A stretch of 60,685 bases of DNA, counting the filler, from a candidate division WOR-3 bacterium (lineage in GTDB: Bacteria; SDB-A): the NCBI GenBank assembly GCA_016934535.1. It is 4 parts of 4 records of this genome, joined end to end, with 100 filler letters (N's around TTAATTAATTAA, not from the genome) between each part and the next. Parts side by side here need not be neighbours in the genome. Positions count along the whole stretch, not along the records: positions 1 to 21,811 come from JAFGSQ010000046.1; 3 more parts are not named here. One strand, given 5' to 3'. Under the pieces are notes generated by a model. The model was not told the DNA's origin, ran no database searches, and saw only the letters and a list, made by a program, of their open reading frames with translations. Shown piece after piece: positions 1 to 9,094 of the stretch; within the stretch, counting starts at the first letter, position 1, and the number at the start of each line of letters is the position of its first letter. The translations under genes and the position numbers were made by a program.

Positions 1-243
1 ATTCGAAACGCGGCGGAAAAGTATATGATTTTTTACGGAGCGCTGACCCCAATAATATATACATCTGTCAAGGAAAGCGGGGTCCTTTTGACTATCCGTT
101 ATCTTGTCGAACCTCGTCAGAGAAGAAAGACCGAACAGCAGATATGGGAAGCAACTCTCGAGGCATTTGAAAAGGAAAAAGACATTGAATTGGCTTATCC
201 TACGACGAGATTTTACAGCACAAACGGGAACGACCGCATTTAA
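1..243 (+). CDS. Mechanosensitive channel MscS family, C-terminal fragment (5'-truncated at window edge)
   Basis: Frame is open from base 1 (IRNAAEKYMIFY...). The ending 'GVLLTIRYLV...IWEATLEAFEKEKDIELAYPT' matches the MscS cytoplasmic C-terminus (I.xAYPT). Confidence 0.7.
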   Translation: MRNAAEKYMIFYGALTPIIYTSVKESGVLLTIRYLVEPRQRRKTEQQIWEATLEAFEKEKDIELAYPTTRFYSTNGNDRI

Positions 244-317
244 AACACTCTCACCGATTGTGATAAATTGGATGAAATTCTTCCTGTTTTTTATAAATAC
301 GAATATGGACGGATAAA

Positions 318-2087
318 ATGTTCAGAATCCGGCGGATTTACGACACTAATACACCTATTAACAAGAAAGCCATGACTCAGGTTCAAACGATTTTGAACGA
401 GCAGTTCAAGACCATTAGAACTATCGAAATCGAAAGACTCCCGGATTTGCTTAAAAATCCTCTGAAATACGGATTTCGTTCGATATTGTTCGTCGCGGAC
501 AATTTAACCGGAGAGGTCAAGGGCTTTGCGCTTCTTTTTCACGCGCCGGACCTTAATTTCTGCTATCTCGATTATATCTCTACTGCGAAAAACTATTCTG
601 GAAAAGGAGTAGGAGGCGCTTTGTATGAGAGGACGAGGGAAGAATCACTCCTTCTAGGGGCAAAAGGTCTTTTTTTTGAATGCAAACCTGACGATTCCGG
701 GCTTTGTAAAAATCCCGACCTGCTCAGGCAGAACAGGAACCGGCTGAAATTCTACGAGAAATACGGCGCCAGACCCCTGATCAATACGAAATACGAAACT
801 CCTGTTAAAGACGGCACAGGAGATCCTCCTTACCTTGTAGTTGACATCCTCGACAGGAAAAAAGAATTCAGCAAAGACGAAATGAAGGAAATCGTTAAAG
901 CCATATTGGAAAGGAAATATCCCGATTTATGCGAAAAAGCGTACGTGAAAATGGTCGTCAACTCGATACAGGATGACCCTGTTAAACTCAGACCTTACAA
1001 ACATATAAAAAACAGGCGAGTCGTTCCTGTAAACCGCTTCATCCCCGATGATAAAATGATAGACTTGGTCTATAACGACAAGCATTCAATTCATCACGTA
1101 AAAGAAAGAGGATACGTCGAATCACCGGTTAGAATTAAAACAGTACTGGCTTCTATTACTAGGACTGGTATTTTCAGGACAATACCGCTTGAGCATTTTT
1201 CCGATAAACGCATAACCGCAGTTCACGACAGAGGATTTTACAATTATTTGAAAAAAGTGTGCCAAACCATACCGGAAAAAGAATCTGTATATCCTTATGT
1301 GTTCCCGCTTCGTAATAGTTCGCGTCCGCCGAAGAAACTTCCCATGAGAGCAGGTTACTACTGCATAGACACCTTTACGCCTTTGAATAAGAACGCTTTT
1401 CTGGCAGCGAGACAAGCCGTGGATTGCGCTTTGACGGCAGCAAAATCAATATTAAACGGTTCGCGTCTGTCATACGCACTGGCGCGTCCTCCGGGGCATC
1501 ACGCTGAAAAAAAAGTTTTCGGAGGATTTTGTTATATGAATTCAACCGCCGTTGCGGCGGATTATTTAAGCGCACACGGCGAAGTTGCCGTTCTTGATAT
1601 TGACTATCACCACGGCAACGGCCAGCAGAGTATTTTTTACGACAGGAGAGACGTCTTGACAATTTCAATACACGTCAACCCGAGGAACGATTATCCGTTT
1701 TTCAGCGGATTTCTGGATGAAGTGGGAGAAGGAGAGGGAACGGGATTCAACGTCAACTATACGCTGCCCGAACATATATCTACAATAAGGTATTTCAATG
1801 CATTGAGAAAAGCGATTTCAAGAATAAAAGTGTTTGATCCGAAGTTCCTTGTCGTGGCGCTGGGAGCGGACACTGCAAGGGGAGACCCGACGGGCACATG
1901 GTCGCTCGACGCCGATGATTTTGAGTCTGCGGGAAATATGATAGGCCTGATGTCTTACCCAACGCTGTTCGTCCAGGAAGGAGGTTACGAGACTAAAACG
2001 ATAGGCAGAAACCTTAGCCGGTTTTTTAAAGGCGTGTGGGAAGGTTCGTTCGATTCCGGTAAGAAAACTGGTCGGAAGCGAATATAG
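318..2087 (+). CDS. GNAT acetyltransferase fused to a histone deacetylase / acetylpolyamine amidohydrolase domain
   Basis: N-terminal GNAT motif A 'YLDYIST..YSGKGVGGALY' and 'RLKFYEKYG'. C-terminal HDAC motifs RPPGHHA, GFCYMN, DIDYHHGNG, ALGADT and QEGGY. Confidence 0.9.
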   Translation: MFRIRRIYDTNTPINKKAMTQVQTILNEQFKTIRTIEIERLPDLLKNPLKYGFRSILFVADNLTGEVKGFALLFHAPDLNFCYLDYISTAKNYSGKGVGGALYERTREESLLLGAKGLFFECKPDDSGLCKNPDLLRQNRNRLKFYEKYGARPLINTKYETPVKDGTGDPPYLVVDILDRKKEFSKDEMKEIVKAILERKYPDLCEKAYVKMVVNSIQDDPVKLRPYKHIKNRRVVPVNRFIPDDKMIDLVYNDKHSIHHVKERGYVESPVRIKTVLASITRTGIFRTIPLEHFSDKRITAVHDRGFYNYLKKVCQTIPEKESVYPYVFPLRNSSRPPKKLPMRAGYYCIDTFTPLNKNAFLAARQAVDCALTAAKSILNGSRLSYALARPPGHHAEKKVFGGFCYMNSTAVAADYLSAHGEVAVLDIDYHHGNGQQSIFYDRRDVLTISIHVNPRNDYPFFSGFLDEVGEGEGTGFNVNYTLPEHISTIRYFNALRKAISRIKVFDPKFLVVALGADTARGDPTGTWSLDADDFESAGNMIGLMSYPTLFVQEGGYETKTIGRNLSRFFKGVWEGSFDSGKKTGRKRI

Positions 2088-2290
2088 AATAAATTGGGGC
2101 GTGAAGAAGTGTTTACAGGTACATTTGTCTTCAGAGGGAATTTACTATGAAATCCGGTGTTAATGAAATAAGATACAATCTGCTTGTTTTATACCATTTT
2201 TACGCTTGTAACAAAGATACGGTCGATCATTCCGGTGCAATATAAGGTTTTTGTAAATTTCAATGAAGAATTTCAAACAAAGGACTGAAG

Positions 2291-4333
2291 ATGAAATATC
2301 CCGTCACTAAAAAACGGAACTTTACTGAAGAGTTGCACGGTAAACAAGTTGCGGATCCATACAGATGGCTCGAGAAAATAGAAACTGAAGAAGTCGGTAA
2401 ATGGGTTTCCGAACAGAACAAATTTTCTAAGAAATTTCTCCGGGATGGCGCGGCGTACGACAAAATTCTCAAGGAGCTCAAAAAAATCTGGTATTACTCT
2501 AGTCAGAATGCTCCATCAGTAAAAGGGGGAAAATATTTCTACCTAGCAAACGATGGCACTCAAAACCACAATATCTTATACGTCAAGGAATCTCTCGATG
2601 CACCGCCGCGAATTCTTCTGGACCCGAATAAATGGAGTAAAGACGGTTCATCGTCGTTGTCGGTGCTGTATATATCTGATGACGGAAAATACCTCGTGTA
2701 CGGGATAAGCAGATCCGGTTCGGATTGGCAGGACATAAAAATATTAGATGTCGAAAAGACAAAAGACCTGCCGGAGACTTTAAAATGGTGCAGATTTACG
2801 TTCGTTTCCTGGAAGAAAGACTCTTCCGGCTTTTTTTACAACAGGTTCCCGGAAGAGACTTCAGTCCCTCCCGAAGACAGAATAAATTATTCAAAGGTGT
2901 ATTTTCACGAATTGAACTCGGATCAGTCTCAGGACGTTTTGATTTTTGAGGACAACAAAAACAAAGAGCAGGATTTTTATCCGGTTGTGACCTATGACGG
3001 TGAATATCTTTTAATATTTGCCGGTATAGGCACCGATAACAAGAATTTGGTTTACGTCAGAAAGTTAATTGAAAACAAACGTTTCATTAGATTAATTCCT
3101 GATTTTGAAGCGGAATATACTTATGTCTACAACATAGGCGACATCTTCTTTTTTAAAACAGATTTAAACGCACCGTTCGGGAAAATTGTATCAATCGACC
3201 TGAAAAATCCATCCGAAAAAGCTTGGAAAGAGGTAGTTCCGGAGACTCGGAATAAGCTTTTAAATGCAACTACAGCAGGCGAAAAATTTATTCTTGAATA
3301 TCTTTACGATGCTCACAGCGTTCTAAAAATTTACTCCCTTGAAGGCAAGCTTCTGAATGAAATCCAACTGCCGGGCTTGGGAACAGTTCTGGGCATAAGC
3401 GGGGAACCTGATCTAAAAGACATATATTTCAAGTACACTTCTTTCACTTACCCGGGGATAGTATATCAGTACGACATTAACAGGAATGAAATGAAGGAAT
3501 TCAGCAGAGACGGGCTGTCCGTTGATCAGTCTGAATTTACCATCGAAAGGCTTATTGCCGTGTCGAAAGACGGCACGAAAGTTCCATATTTTCTCGTCCG
3601 GGGAAAAAGTGTCGAAAGGAACGGATCTAATCCGACGATTCTGTATGGATACGGCGGATTCAACATACCTGAAACACCTTCCTTTTCCGTTTCGTTATAT
3701 TATTGGCTGAAAAAAGGAGGAATATACGCTCTGGCGAATCTCAGGGGAGGCGGCGAGTTCGGTGAGGTCTGGCACAAAGGAGGAATGCTAGGAAACAAAC
3801 AGAACGTGTTCGAAGATTTCATCGCCGTGGCACAATCCTTGATCGAAAACGGCTTTACACAAAAAGAAAAGCTTGCAATCAGAGGCGGAAGCAACGGAGG
3901 TCTTCTGACAGGCGCGTGCATGATTCAAAAACCAGAACTGTTCGGAGCCGTAGTATGCCAGGTCGGGGTACTCGATATGCTTAGGTATCACAAGTGGACA
4001 GTTGGAAGATACTGGATCCCCGAATACGGAGATCCGGAAAATAAGGAACATTTCCAATTCCTTTATGCCTATTCACCGGTTCATAATGTGAAAAAAGGTG
4101 TAAAATATCCACCGGTACTTATAACGACTGCCGACACAGACGACAGGGTGTATCCGGCTCATTCTTTTAAATTCGCGGCAGAACTACAGGAAAAATCTTC
4201 CGGAGAAAGTCCCGTGCTACTGAGAATTGAGGAAAAAGCAGGACACGGACACGGAAAATCATTGTCGAAACTGGTGGAACAAGCCTCAGATATATACTCT
4301 TTCCTTAATAAAACACTCGGGCTTGAAGGTTGA
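2291..4333 (+). CDS. Prolyl oligopeptidase (peptidase S9A), cytoplasmic
   Basis: DPYRWLE, YGYGGF, RGGGEFG, nucleophile GGSNGGLL, DDRV and AGHG triad motifs. No signal peptide. Confidence 0.95.
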   Translation: MKYPVTKKRNFTEELHGKQVADPYRWLEKIETEEVGKWVSEQNKFSKKFLRDGAAYDKILKELKKIWYYSSQNAPSVKGGKYFYLANDGTQNHNILYVKESLDAPPRILLDPNKWSKDGSSSLSVLYISDDGKYLVYGISRSGSDWQDIKILDVEKTKDLPETLKWCRFTFVSWKKDSSGFFYNRFPEETSVPPEDRINYSKVYFHELNSDQSQDVLIFEDNKNKEQDFYPVVTYDGEYLLIFAGIGTDNKNLVYVRKLIENKRFIRLIPDFEAEYTYVYNIGDIFFFKTDLNAPFGKIVSIDLKNPSEKAWKEVVPETRNKLLNATTAGEKFILEYLYDAHSVLKIYSLEGKLLNEIQLPGLGTVLGISGEPDLKDIYFKYTSFTYPGIVYQYDINRNEMKEFSRDGLSVDQSEFTIERLIAVSKDGTKVPYFLVRGKSVERNGSNPTILYGYGGFNIPETPSFSVSLYYWLKKGGIYALANLRGGGEFGEVWHKGGMLGNKQNVFEDFIAVAQSLIENGFTQKEKLAIRGGSNGGLLTGACMIQKPELFGAVVCQVGVLDMLRYHKWTVGRYWIPEYGDPENKEHFQFLYAYSPVHNVKKGVKYPPVLITTADTDDRVYPAHSFKFAAELQEKSSGESPVLLRIEEKAGHGHGKSLSKLVEQASDIYSFLNKTLGLEG

Positions 4334-4480
4334 TGTTTAAAAATATTAGAAATTTTAAACCGTAAATCGAAGATAACAGAACAATTCTGTTTTCTTACGG
4401 GTATTTTTTGAAATATTTAAAAAATTGGAATATTTCCATTCAGCGTTCGGTATTCATGATTGTTTTCTCAGGAGGTATTT

Positions 4481-4936
4481 ATGATTAAGAAATATTTGGT
4501 AATTGCGGTTCTGTTTTTTGCATCGACCGTAATATTCGGGGAAGAAAACGGCGAAATTCAGCTAAATCCGACAGAGGATGTAAACTCTCTTACAGGATAT
4601 TACATACCCGTGGATATTGAGGATTGTTTCATGGAGTTGAATAAGATGCTACCCGAGGAAACGATTGATAAAATGTCTGAAGGAAAGGAATCAGAAATGA
4701 TTAACTACCATCACGGTTTGGGAACCTGGATCAGAAACAACTGGGGGCTATGGTCCGATTCGCGTCTGGCTGACTATTTTAATTCTTTGGGAATTTTGCA
4801 TCCGGACGATATGTCGTCTATCATTTTAGATTCTTTTTGGAAGAGATTGAACGGGAAGCCGCTCGAACTGGAAAAACAGGTACAGTTTTATATTGATTAC
4901 TGGGAAAATCAGATGGAACAAACCGATGAAGAGTGA
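4481..4936 (+). CDS. Exported DUF6794-like protein
   Basis: AGGAGGT RBS precedes the ATG at 4481. Signal peptide present. Motif 'YHHGLGTWIRNNWGLW..SRL..YF...GILHPDDMS'. Confidence 0.75.
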   Translation: MIKKYLVIAVLFFASTVIFGEENGEIQLNPTEDVNSLTGYYIPVDIEDCFMELNKMLPEETIDKMSEGKESEMINYHHGLGTWIRNNWGLWSDSRLADYFNSLGILHPDDMSSIILDSFWKRLNGKPLELEKQVQFYIDYWENQMEQTDEE

Positions 4937-4993
4937 AAAAAATGCATGAAGAATTTACCGGTCAAAACGGCTTGTTCATTGATTTTCCGGCTA

Positions 4994-5002
4994 TGGTATA
5001 AT
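4994..5002 (+). promoter_or_regulatory. Possible extended -10 promoter (TGGTATAAT)
   Basis: TGnTATAAT in the intergenic region upstream of 5038. A second TATAAT lies at 5018-5023. Confidence 0.35.
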
Positions 5003-5037
5003 TAAATTTAATGCGGGTATAATATTTTGGAATTGAT

Positions 5038-5862
5038 TTGAAAAAAATACAGTCCTTTCTTCTTGAAAAAGCAAAAAATGAATGTCTGCCGTATCTGAAA
5101 GGTTTGCCCCAGTTTTCTTCATTTGAAAATAAATTGTCATTTCTGATTGTAGGTTCAGTGGCCTCGGGTCTTTGCAGAAAAAATTCCGACATTGACATTG
5201 CTGTTGTCAGCAGAGAAAAGATATTCGATGAAATATCGAAAAATACCTCCTGGAAGGAAGGGAAACCTTCAGAAGTGATGATTGGAGAAGCTCAACTTCA
5301 TTATTATGGTATAACGCTGGAGAAAATAGAACAAAAACTCGTGGAACTCAACGATTTTTATCTCTATGAATACAGCAATGCCATTGTTCTTGAAGATCCT
5401 TCGAAAAATTTCACAAAAAAGATATCAGTGCTGACTGCCGTTAATCCAATGGTCAGAAAACAGAGGCTTGAAGGAAAGCTCGATATGCTAATAAGGAGAA
5501 ACAGAGCGATAAAGTATTCCCTTGAGTTGAGAGACATAATGAGTGTCGGAAAAATTGTTTTTGAGGTAATGTCATTGGCCCTGAAAGTTATAGCCCTGCT
5601 GGATGATGTTTCTTTTGATCCGAGAAAAAGACTTTTCAACACCGCTCTTAAAGGAAAAATCGGCAAATCGGCTGAGGATGAAGTAAGACATTTGTTCGGA
5701 CTCATTGGTCAGATTGGAAATCTCAGGACTGATTCAGAATTTTCCAAATTCTCATTTCCTAAGGAAATGAATATATTCATTGGACTGTTGTCGCATGAGG
5801 CTGCTGCACAAGGTTTTCAAGTGGGGCTTGAAAAACCTGACATGCGTTTTGCTGAAAGATGA
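5038..5862 (+). CDS. Pol-beta superfamily nucleotidyltransferase with helical C-terminal domain
   Basis: 'LIVGSVASG....SDIDIAVV' fits the GS-x(n)-DxD signature. TTG start. Confidence 0.75.
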   Translation: MKKIQSFLLEKAKNECLPYLKGLPQFSSFENKLSFLIVGSVASGLCRKNSDIDIAVVSREKIFDEISKNTSWKEGKPSEVMIGEAQLHYYGITLEKIEQKLVELNDFYLYEYSNAIVLEDPSKNFTKKISVLTAVNPMVRKQRLEGKLDMLIRRNRAIKYSLELRDIMSVGKIVFEVMSLALKVIALLDDVSFDPRKRLFNTALKGKIGKSAEDEVRHLFGLIGQIGNLRTDSEFSKFSFPKEMNIFIGLLSHEAAAQGFQVGLEKPDMRFAER

Positions 5863-5989
5863 GGAAAGGGAGAAGATGCAGCCGGAAAAGCAAAGGTTTA
5901 TAATTGTTAAAACGTGAAGTTCTCGGTAAAGATTATGATTGGCTCAAATAAATATCTTTAAAAACATGAAAAGGTAAGAAAGGGTTTTT

Positions 5990-6124
5990 ATGAACTTGTC
6001 AAGTTGGGTATTGGGAATAATAATTGCTTTTCTGTTTGCCGTAATAATATTGTTTTCGTTTGTCACGCGATTGAAAGACGAGAAAAAGGCGCAAGAAGAA
6101 TACGAAAAGAAGGGAATAATATGA
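5990..6124 (+). CDS. Small single-pass membrane protein (44 aa), not in the ORF track
   Basis: MNLSSWVLGIIIAFLFAVIILFSFVTRLKDEKKAQEEYEKKGII*. Purine-rich RBS (AAGAAAGGG). Its stop overlaps the next start as ATGA at 6121-6124. Confidence 0.65.
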   Translation: MNLSSWVLGIIIAFLFAVIILFSFVTRLKDEKKAQEEYEKKGII

Positions 6125-6474
6125 AGAAAAGACGCATACAGTTTGTCTCGGACGATTTGGTAAAACAGATAATTGAAGGTAAAAAAACAGCAAGCGTTGT
6201 GAAAATGGGGGAAGTGGACGTCTCGGACGGAAACTACGATGATCCGCTCGTCGTCGGCGAATACTACGATGTATATGACAGCTCGTTAATCCGGAGGGTT
6301 ACTATTCGGATTACCGGCATGGAGCTTTGCAGATGGGATAAAATCCCTGAGAGTTTATGGTCGGGTGAGACTAACATTAGCGCCGATGAATTCAAGGCGG
6401 ACCACATCGAATATTTTGATAATCCTGGTCCTGAATTCGAGTTTGTCGCTTATTACTTCATAAAAGTAGAATGA
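6121..6474 (+). CDS. ASCH domain protein
   Basis: 'LVKQIIEGKKTAS' ASCH signature, 'GE' near the C-terminus and a 'VAYYF' end. Start reassigned to ATG 6121. Confidence 0.75.
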   Translation: MKKRRIQFVSDDLVKQIIEGKKTASVVKMGEVDVSDGNYDDPLVVGEYYDVYDSSLIRRVTIRITGMELCRWDKIPESLWSGETNISADEFKADHIEYFDNPGPEFEFVAYYFIKVE

Positions 6475-6475
6475 A

Positions 6476-7336
6476 TTGATTGTAAGCGCGAGCAGACGCA
6501 CGGACATTCCTGCGTTTTATACCGAATGGTTTTTCAAAAGGATAAGCGAAGGCAAAGTACAGGTCAGGAATCCCAGGAATTTGAATCTTGTTAAGGAAAT
6601 TTCTCTCGTTCCGGACAATGTCGACGGCTTTGTCTTCTGGACAAAAAATCCTTCACCGATGATCAGTAGTCTTTCAGAAATAGAAAAATACGCCTATTAT
6701 TTTCAGTTTACTTTGAACTCATACGAAAATGATGTGGAACCTAACGTCGCGAAAAAAGAAGAGAGGGTGGGCGCTTTCAAAAAACTGTCGGATCTGATCG
6801 GTCCGGACAGAATCGTCTGGAGGTACGACCCTATACTTCTGACTAAAAAATATTCTGTGGAATGGCACGTTTTATCTTTTGAAAAAACCTCGAATTCTCT
6901 CAGTGGCCGGACGAAAAAGTGTGTCATAAGCTTTGTCGATGAGTACAAGAAATGTGAAAACAATCTGAGATCTATAGGTCTTATAGATTTTGACGAACGG
7001 ACGATTTACGAATTGAGCGCCAAGCTTGCGGAAATTTCTGAAAAATCCGCTATGGAACTTACGACTTGTGCAGAGAGCTCAGATCTGTCCTCGCTAGGTA
7101 TAAAAAGAGGAAAATGTGTAGACGCCGGTCTCCTGGAGAAAATATCGGGAAGAAAAGTTACCGGTACCAAAGACCGGGCTCGGAGGGAAAAATGCCTCTG
7201 CGACACGAGCGTGGACATCGGTGTTTACGGCTCCTGCCCGGCCGGATGCATATACTGCTACGCCGGCCCATGCAATGAAAAAGTACGGAACAAATTTTTT
7301 GAGTACGATCCAAATCTTCCGCTTCTTTCTTTTTAG
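6476..7336 (+). CDS. DUF1848 family protein (radical-SAM-like, C-terminal CxxxCxxC)
   Basis: IVSASRRTDIPAFY, VFWTKNP, WRYDPI and 'CLC..SVDIGVYGSCPAGCIYCYA'. Confidence 0.9.
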   Translation: MIVSASRRTDIPAFYTEWFFKRISEGKVQVRNPRNLNLVKEISLVPDNVDGFVFWTKNPSPMISSLSEIEKYAYYFQFTLNSYENDVEPNVAKKEERVGAFKKLSDLIGPDRIVWRYDPILLTKKYSVEWHVLSFEKTSNSLSGRTKKCVISFVDEYKKCENNLRSIGLIDFDERTIYELSAKLAEISEKSAMELTTCAESSDLSSLGIKRGKCVDAGLLEKISGRKVTGTKDRARREKCLCDTSVDIGVYGSCPAGCIYCYAGPCNEKVRNKFFEYDPNLPLLSF

Positions 7337-7384
7337 ACAATCCGGTTTATAATATCGTTAAGTTACTTTCAACGGAGGCCGGTC

Positions 7385-8383
7385 ATGATTAAAAAATATT
7401 ATTATTGTCTTTTGAGTGTAATATTTCTGGCGGCAATTTCAGGATGCAGTGATAAAAATCCGAATGAACCAGGACCCGGCACTAGCAGGGATTACCGCGA
7501 AGACATGCGAATTTTTGTTCAAAAAGTTAATTCATACGCTGACAGCCTTAGGCCGGGCTTCATTGTCGTTCCGCAGAACGGTAACGAACTGATAACCTCT
7601 GACGGAGAAGCCGGCGGTCCTCTGAAGACGGAATATATCGCCGCGATAGACGGTTTAGGAAGGGAAGACCTTTTTTACGGATACGATCAGGACGACATAC
7701 CGACACCTGCCGTGGAAAGGGATTACATGACGGGATTTCTCGACCGCGCGGAAATAAACGGCATAGAGGTTCTCGTCACTGACTATTGTTCGACGAGAAT
7801 TTTTGTCGATTCTTCATATCAGATGAATTTTCAAAGGGATTACATTTCATTTGCGGCAGACAAAAGGGAATTAAACAACATTCCGTCATATCCCGCGGCG
7901 CCTTATCACTCAAACCTTTTTGACATCTTAAATATAAATGAAGCCAAGAATTTTCTTTATTTGATTAATCCGGAACAGTACCAGAGCAAAACCCAATACT
8001 TGAACGCGCTCTCCTCGACGGATTTCGACCTTCTCATAATAGACGCTTTTTTTCAAGGAACACTTCTGACTTACGACGATGTCCAGACACTCGGCAATAA
8101 AGCTTCTGGCGGAAGCAGACTCGTTCTTGCCTACATGAGCATAGGCGAAGCCGAGAATTACAGGTATTACTGGAAAAACGAATGGATAACCGATCCCCCT
8201 TCATGGCTGGGAGAGGAAAACCCAGACTGGCCCGGTAATTTCAGGGTTGAATATTGGGATCCCGGATGGCAGTCCGTAATTTTCGGCAACGACAGCTCTT
8301 ACACAAAAAAGATAATAGATGCCGGTTTCGACGGAGTGTATCTCGACATTATTGATGCGTTTGAATATTACGAGGTCAACTAG
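7385..8383 (+). CDS. Lipoprotein, endo-alpha-1,4-polygalactosaminidase-like (GH114/TM1410 type), circularly permuted
   Basis: Lipobox ISGC. Motifs IVVPQNG, IDGLGREDLFYG, AYMSIGEAENYRYYW, NPDWPGN and GFDGVYLDIIDAF. Confidence 0.85.
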   Translation: MIKKYYYCLLSVIFLAAISGCSDKNPNEPGPGTSRDYREDMRIFVQKVNSYADSLRPGFIVVPQNGNELITSDGEAGGPLKTEYIAAIDGLGREDLFYGYDQDDIPTPAVERDYMTGFLDRAEINGIEVLVTDYCSTRIFVDSSYQMNFQRDYISFAADKRELNNIPSYPAAPYHSNLFDILNINEAKNFLYLINPEQYQSKTQYLNALSSTDFDLLIIDAFFQGTLLTYDDVQTLGNKASGGSRLVLAYMSIGEAENYRYYWKNEWITDPPSWLGEENPDWPGNFRVEYWDPGWQSVIFGNDSSYTKKIIDAGFDGVYLDIIDAFEYYEVN

Positions 8384-8424
8384 ATGTTTTCGAGTTGCCC
8401 CAAAATGCACGAAATGATATATTT

Positions 8425-8997
8425 ATGATTATGATTGTGATGGTTGTTTGTTGTCTGGTAATTCAGCAGAATTTATATTTACGAGATTTCTACAAGAGCG
8501 AAGCCGATACATACTCCCTAAAAATTGACGCCAAAATCCTTTCCGGAGAACTGTACACAAGGGAAGCCTACATAAAACATCCGGTCATACCGGGAATAGG
8601 AAACACATATAACAGTCTTATGGCCTATTACGACCTTGTGGGAGATGAAGGCGAATACGACATCAAATACTGCATGATAGAAAACACATATCATTATCTG
8701 TCTTATACAGCGGTGGATGCCGCTTATTACGGAGAAGACGGCTTGCCGGTTAAAATGCTGTCGACTCTCATTCAAAATATCTCTGCGGATGAAAGCGAAC
8801 AACTTGCAGAAAAAGTGTTTTATTATGAAAACGGTTTATTTCAGAGCTATTACAGTGAAGCAGACGGCGAACCTATATCAGAAGAGAATCCGGACTCATC
8901 AGCCGCCGAATATTACAAAAAAGCATTACAGCTCAGAACTTTTTTTGAGGATTTTTCCGTTCCTGTCCCCACTATACTTTGGGACTATCTGCAGTGA
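8425..8997 (+). CDS. Hypothetical exported or membrane-anchored protein (Tyr/acid-rich)
   Basis: Open frame of about 190 aa with a hydrophobic N-terminus from ATG 8425. No recognised motif. Confidence 0.55.
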   Translation: MIMIVMVVCCLVIQQNLYLRDFYKSEADTYSLKIDAKILSGELYTREAYIKHPVIPGIGNTYNSLMAYYDLVGDEGEYDIKYCMIENTYHYLSYTAVDAAYYGEDGLPVKMLSTLIQNISADESEQLAEKVFYYENGLFQSYYSEADGEPISEENPDSSAAEYYKKALQLRTFFEDFSVPVPTILWDYLQ

Positions 8998-9059
8998 TTG
9001 AACTTTAATCTGTTTTATTTCCATAAATAGTTTAAGTAATATCAGGGAAGGGACGGGGG

Positions 9060-9089
9060 TTGACTTTACAATTTACCCATGAATAAAAT
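9060..9089 (+). promoter_or_regulatory. Sigma70-type promoter, probably giving a leaderless mRNA for the RAYT-like gene
   Basis: TTGACT (9060-9065), 18 nt, TAAAAT (9084-9089). The ATG at 9095 sits at the expected TSS and has no SD. Confidence 0.55.
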
Positions 9090-9094
9090 ATGTG

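Noticed and set aside
6004-6120. N-terminal extension of the ASCH ORF in the track
   Set aside because: The region is better explained by the 44-aa membrane ORF in another frame. ASCH begins at ATG 6121.
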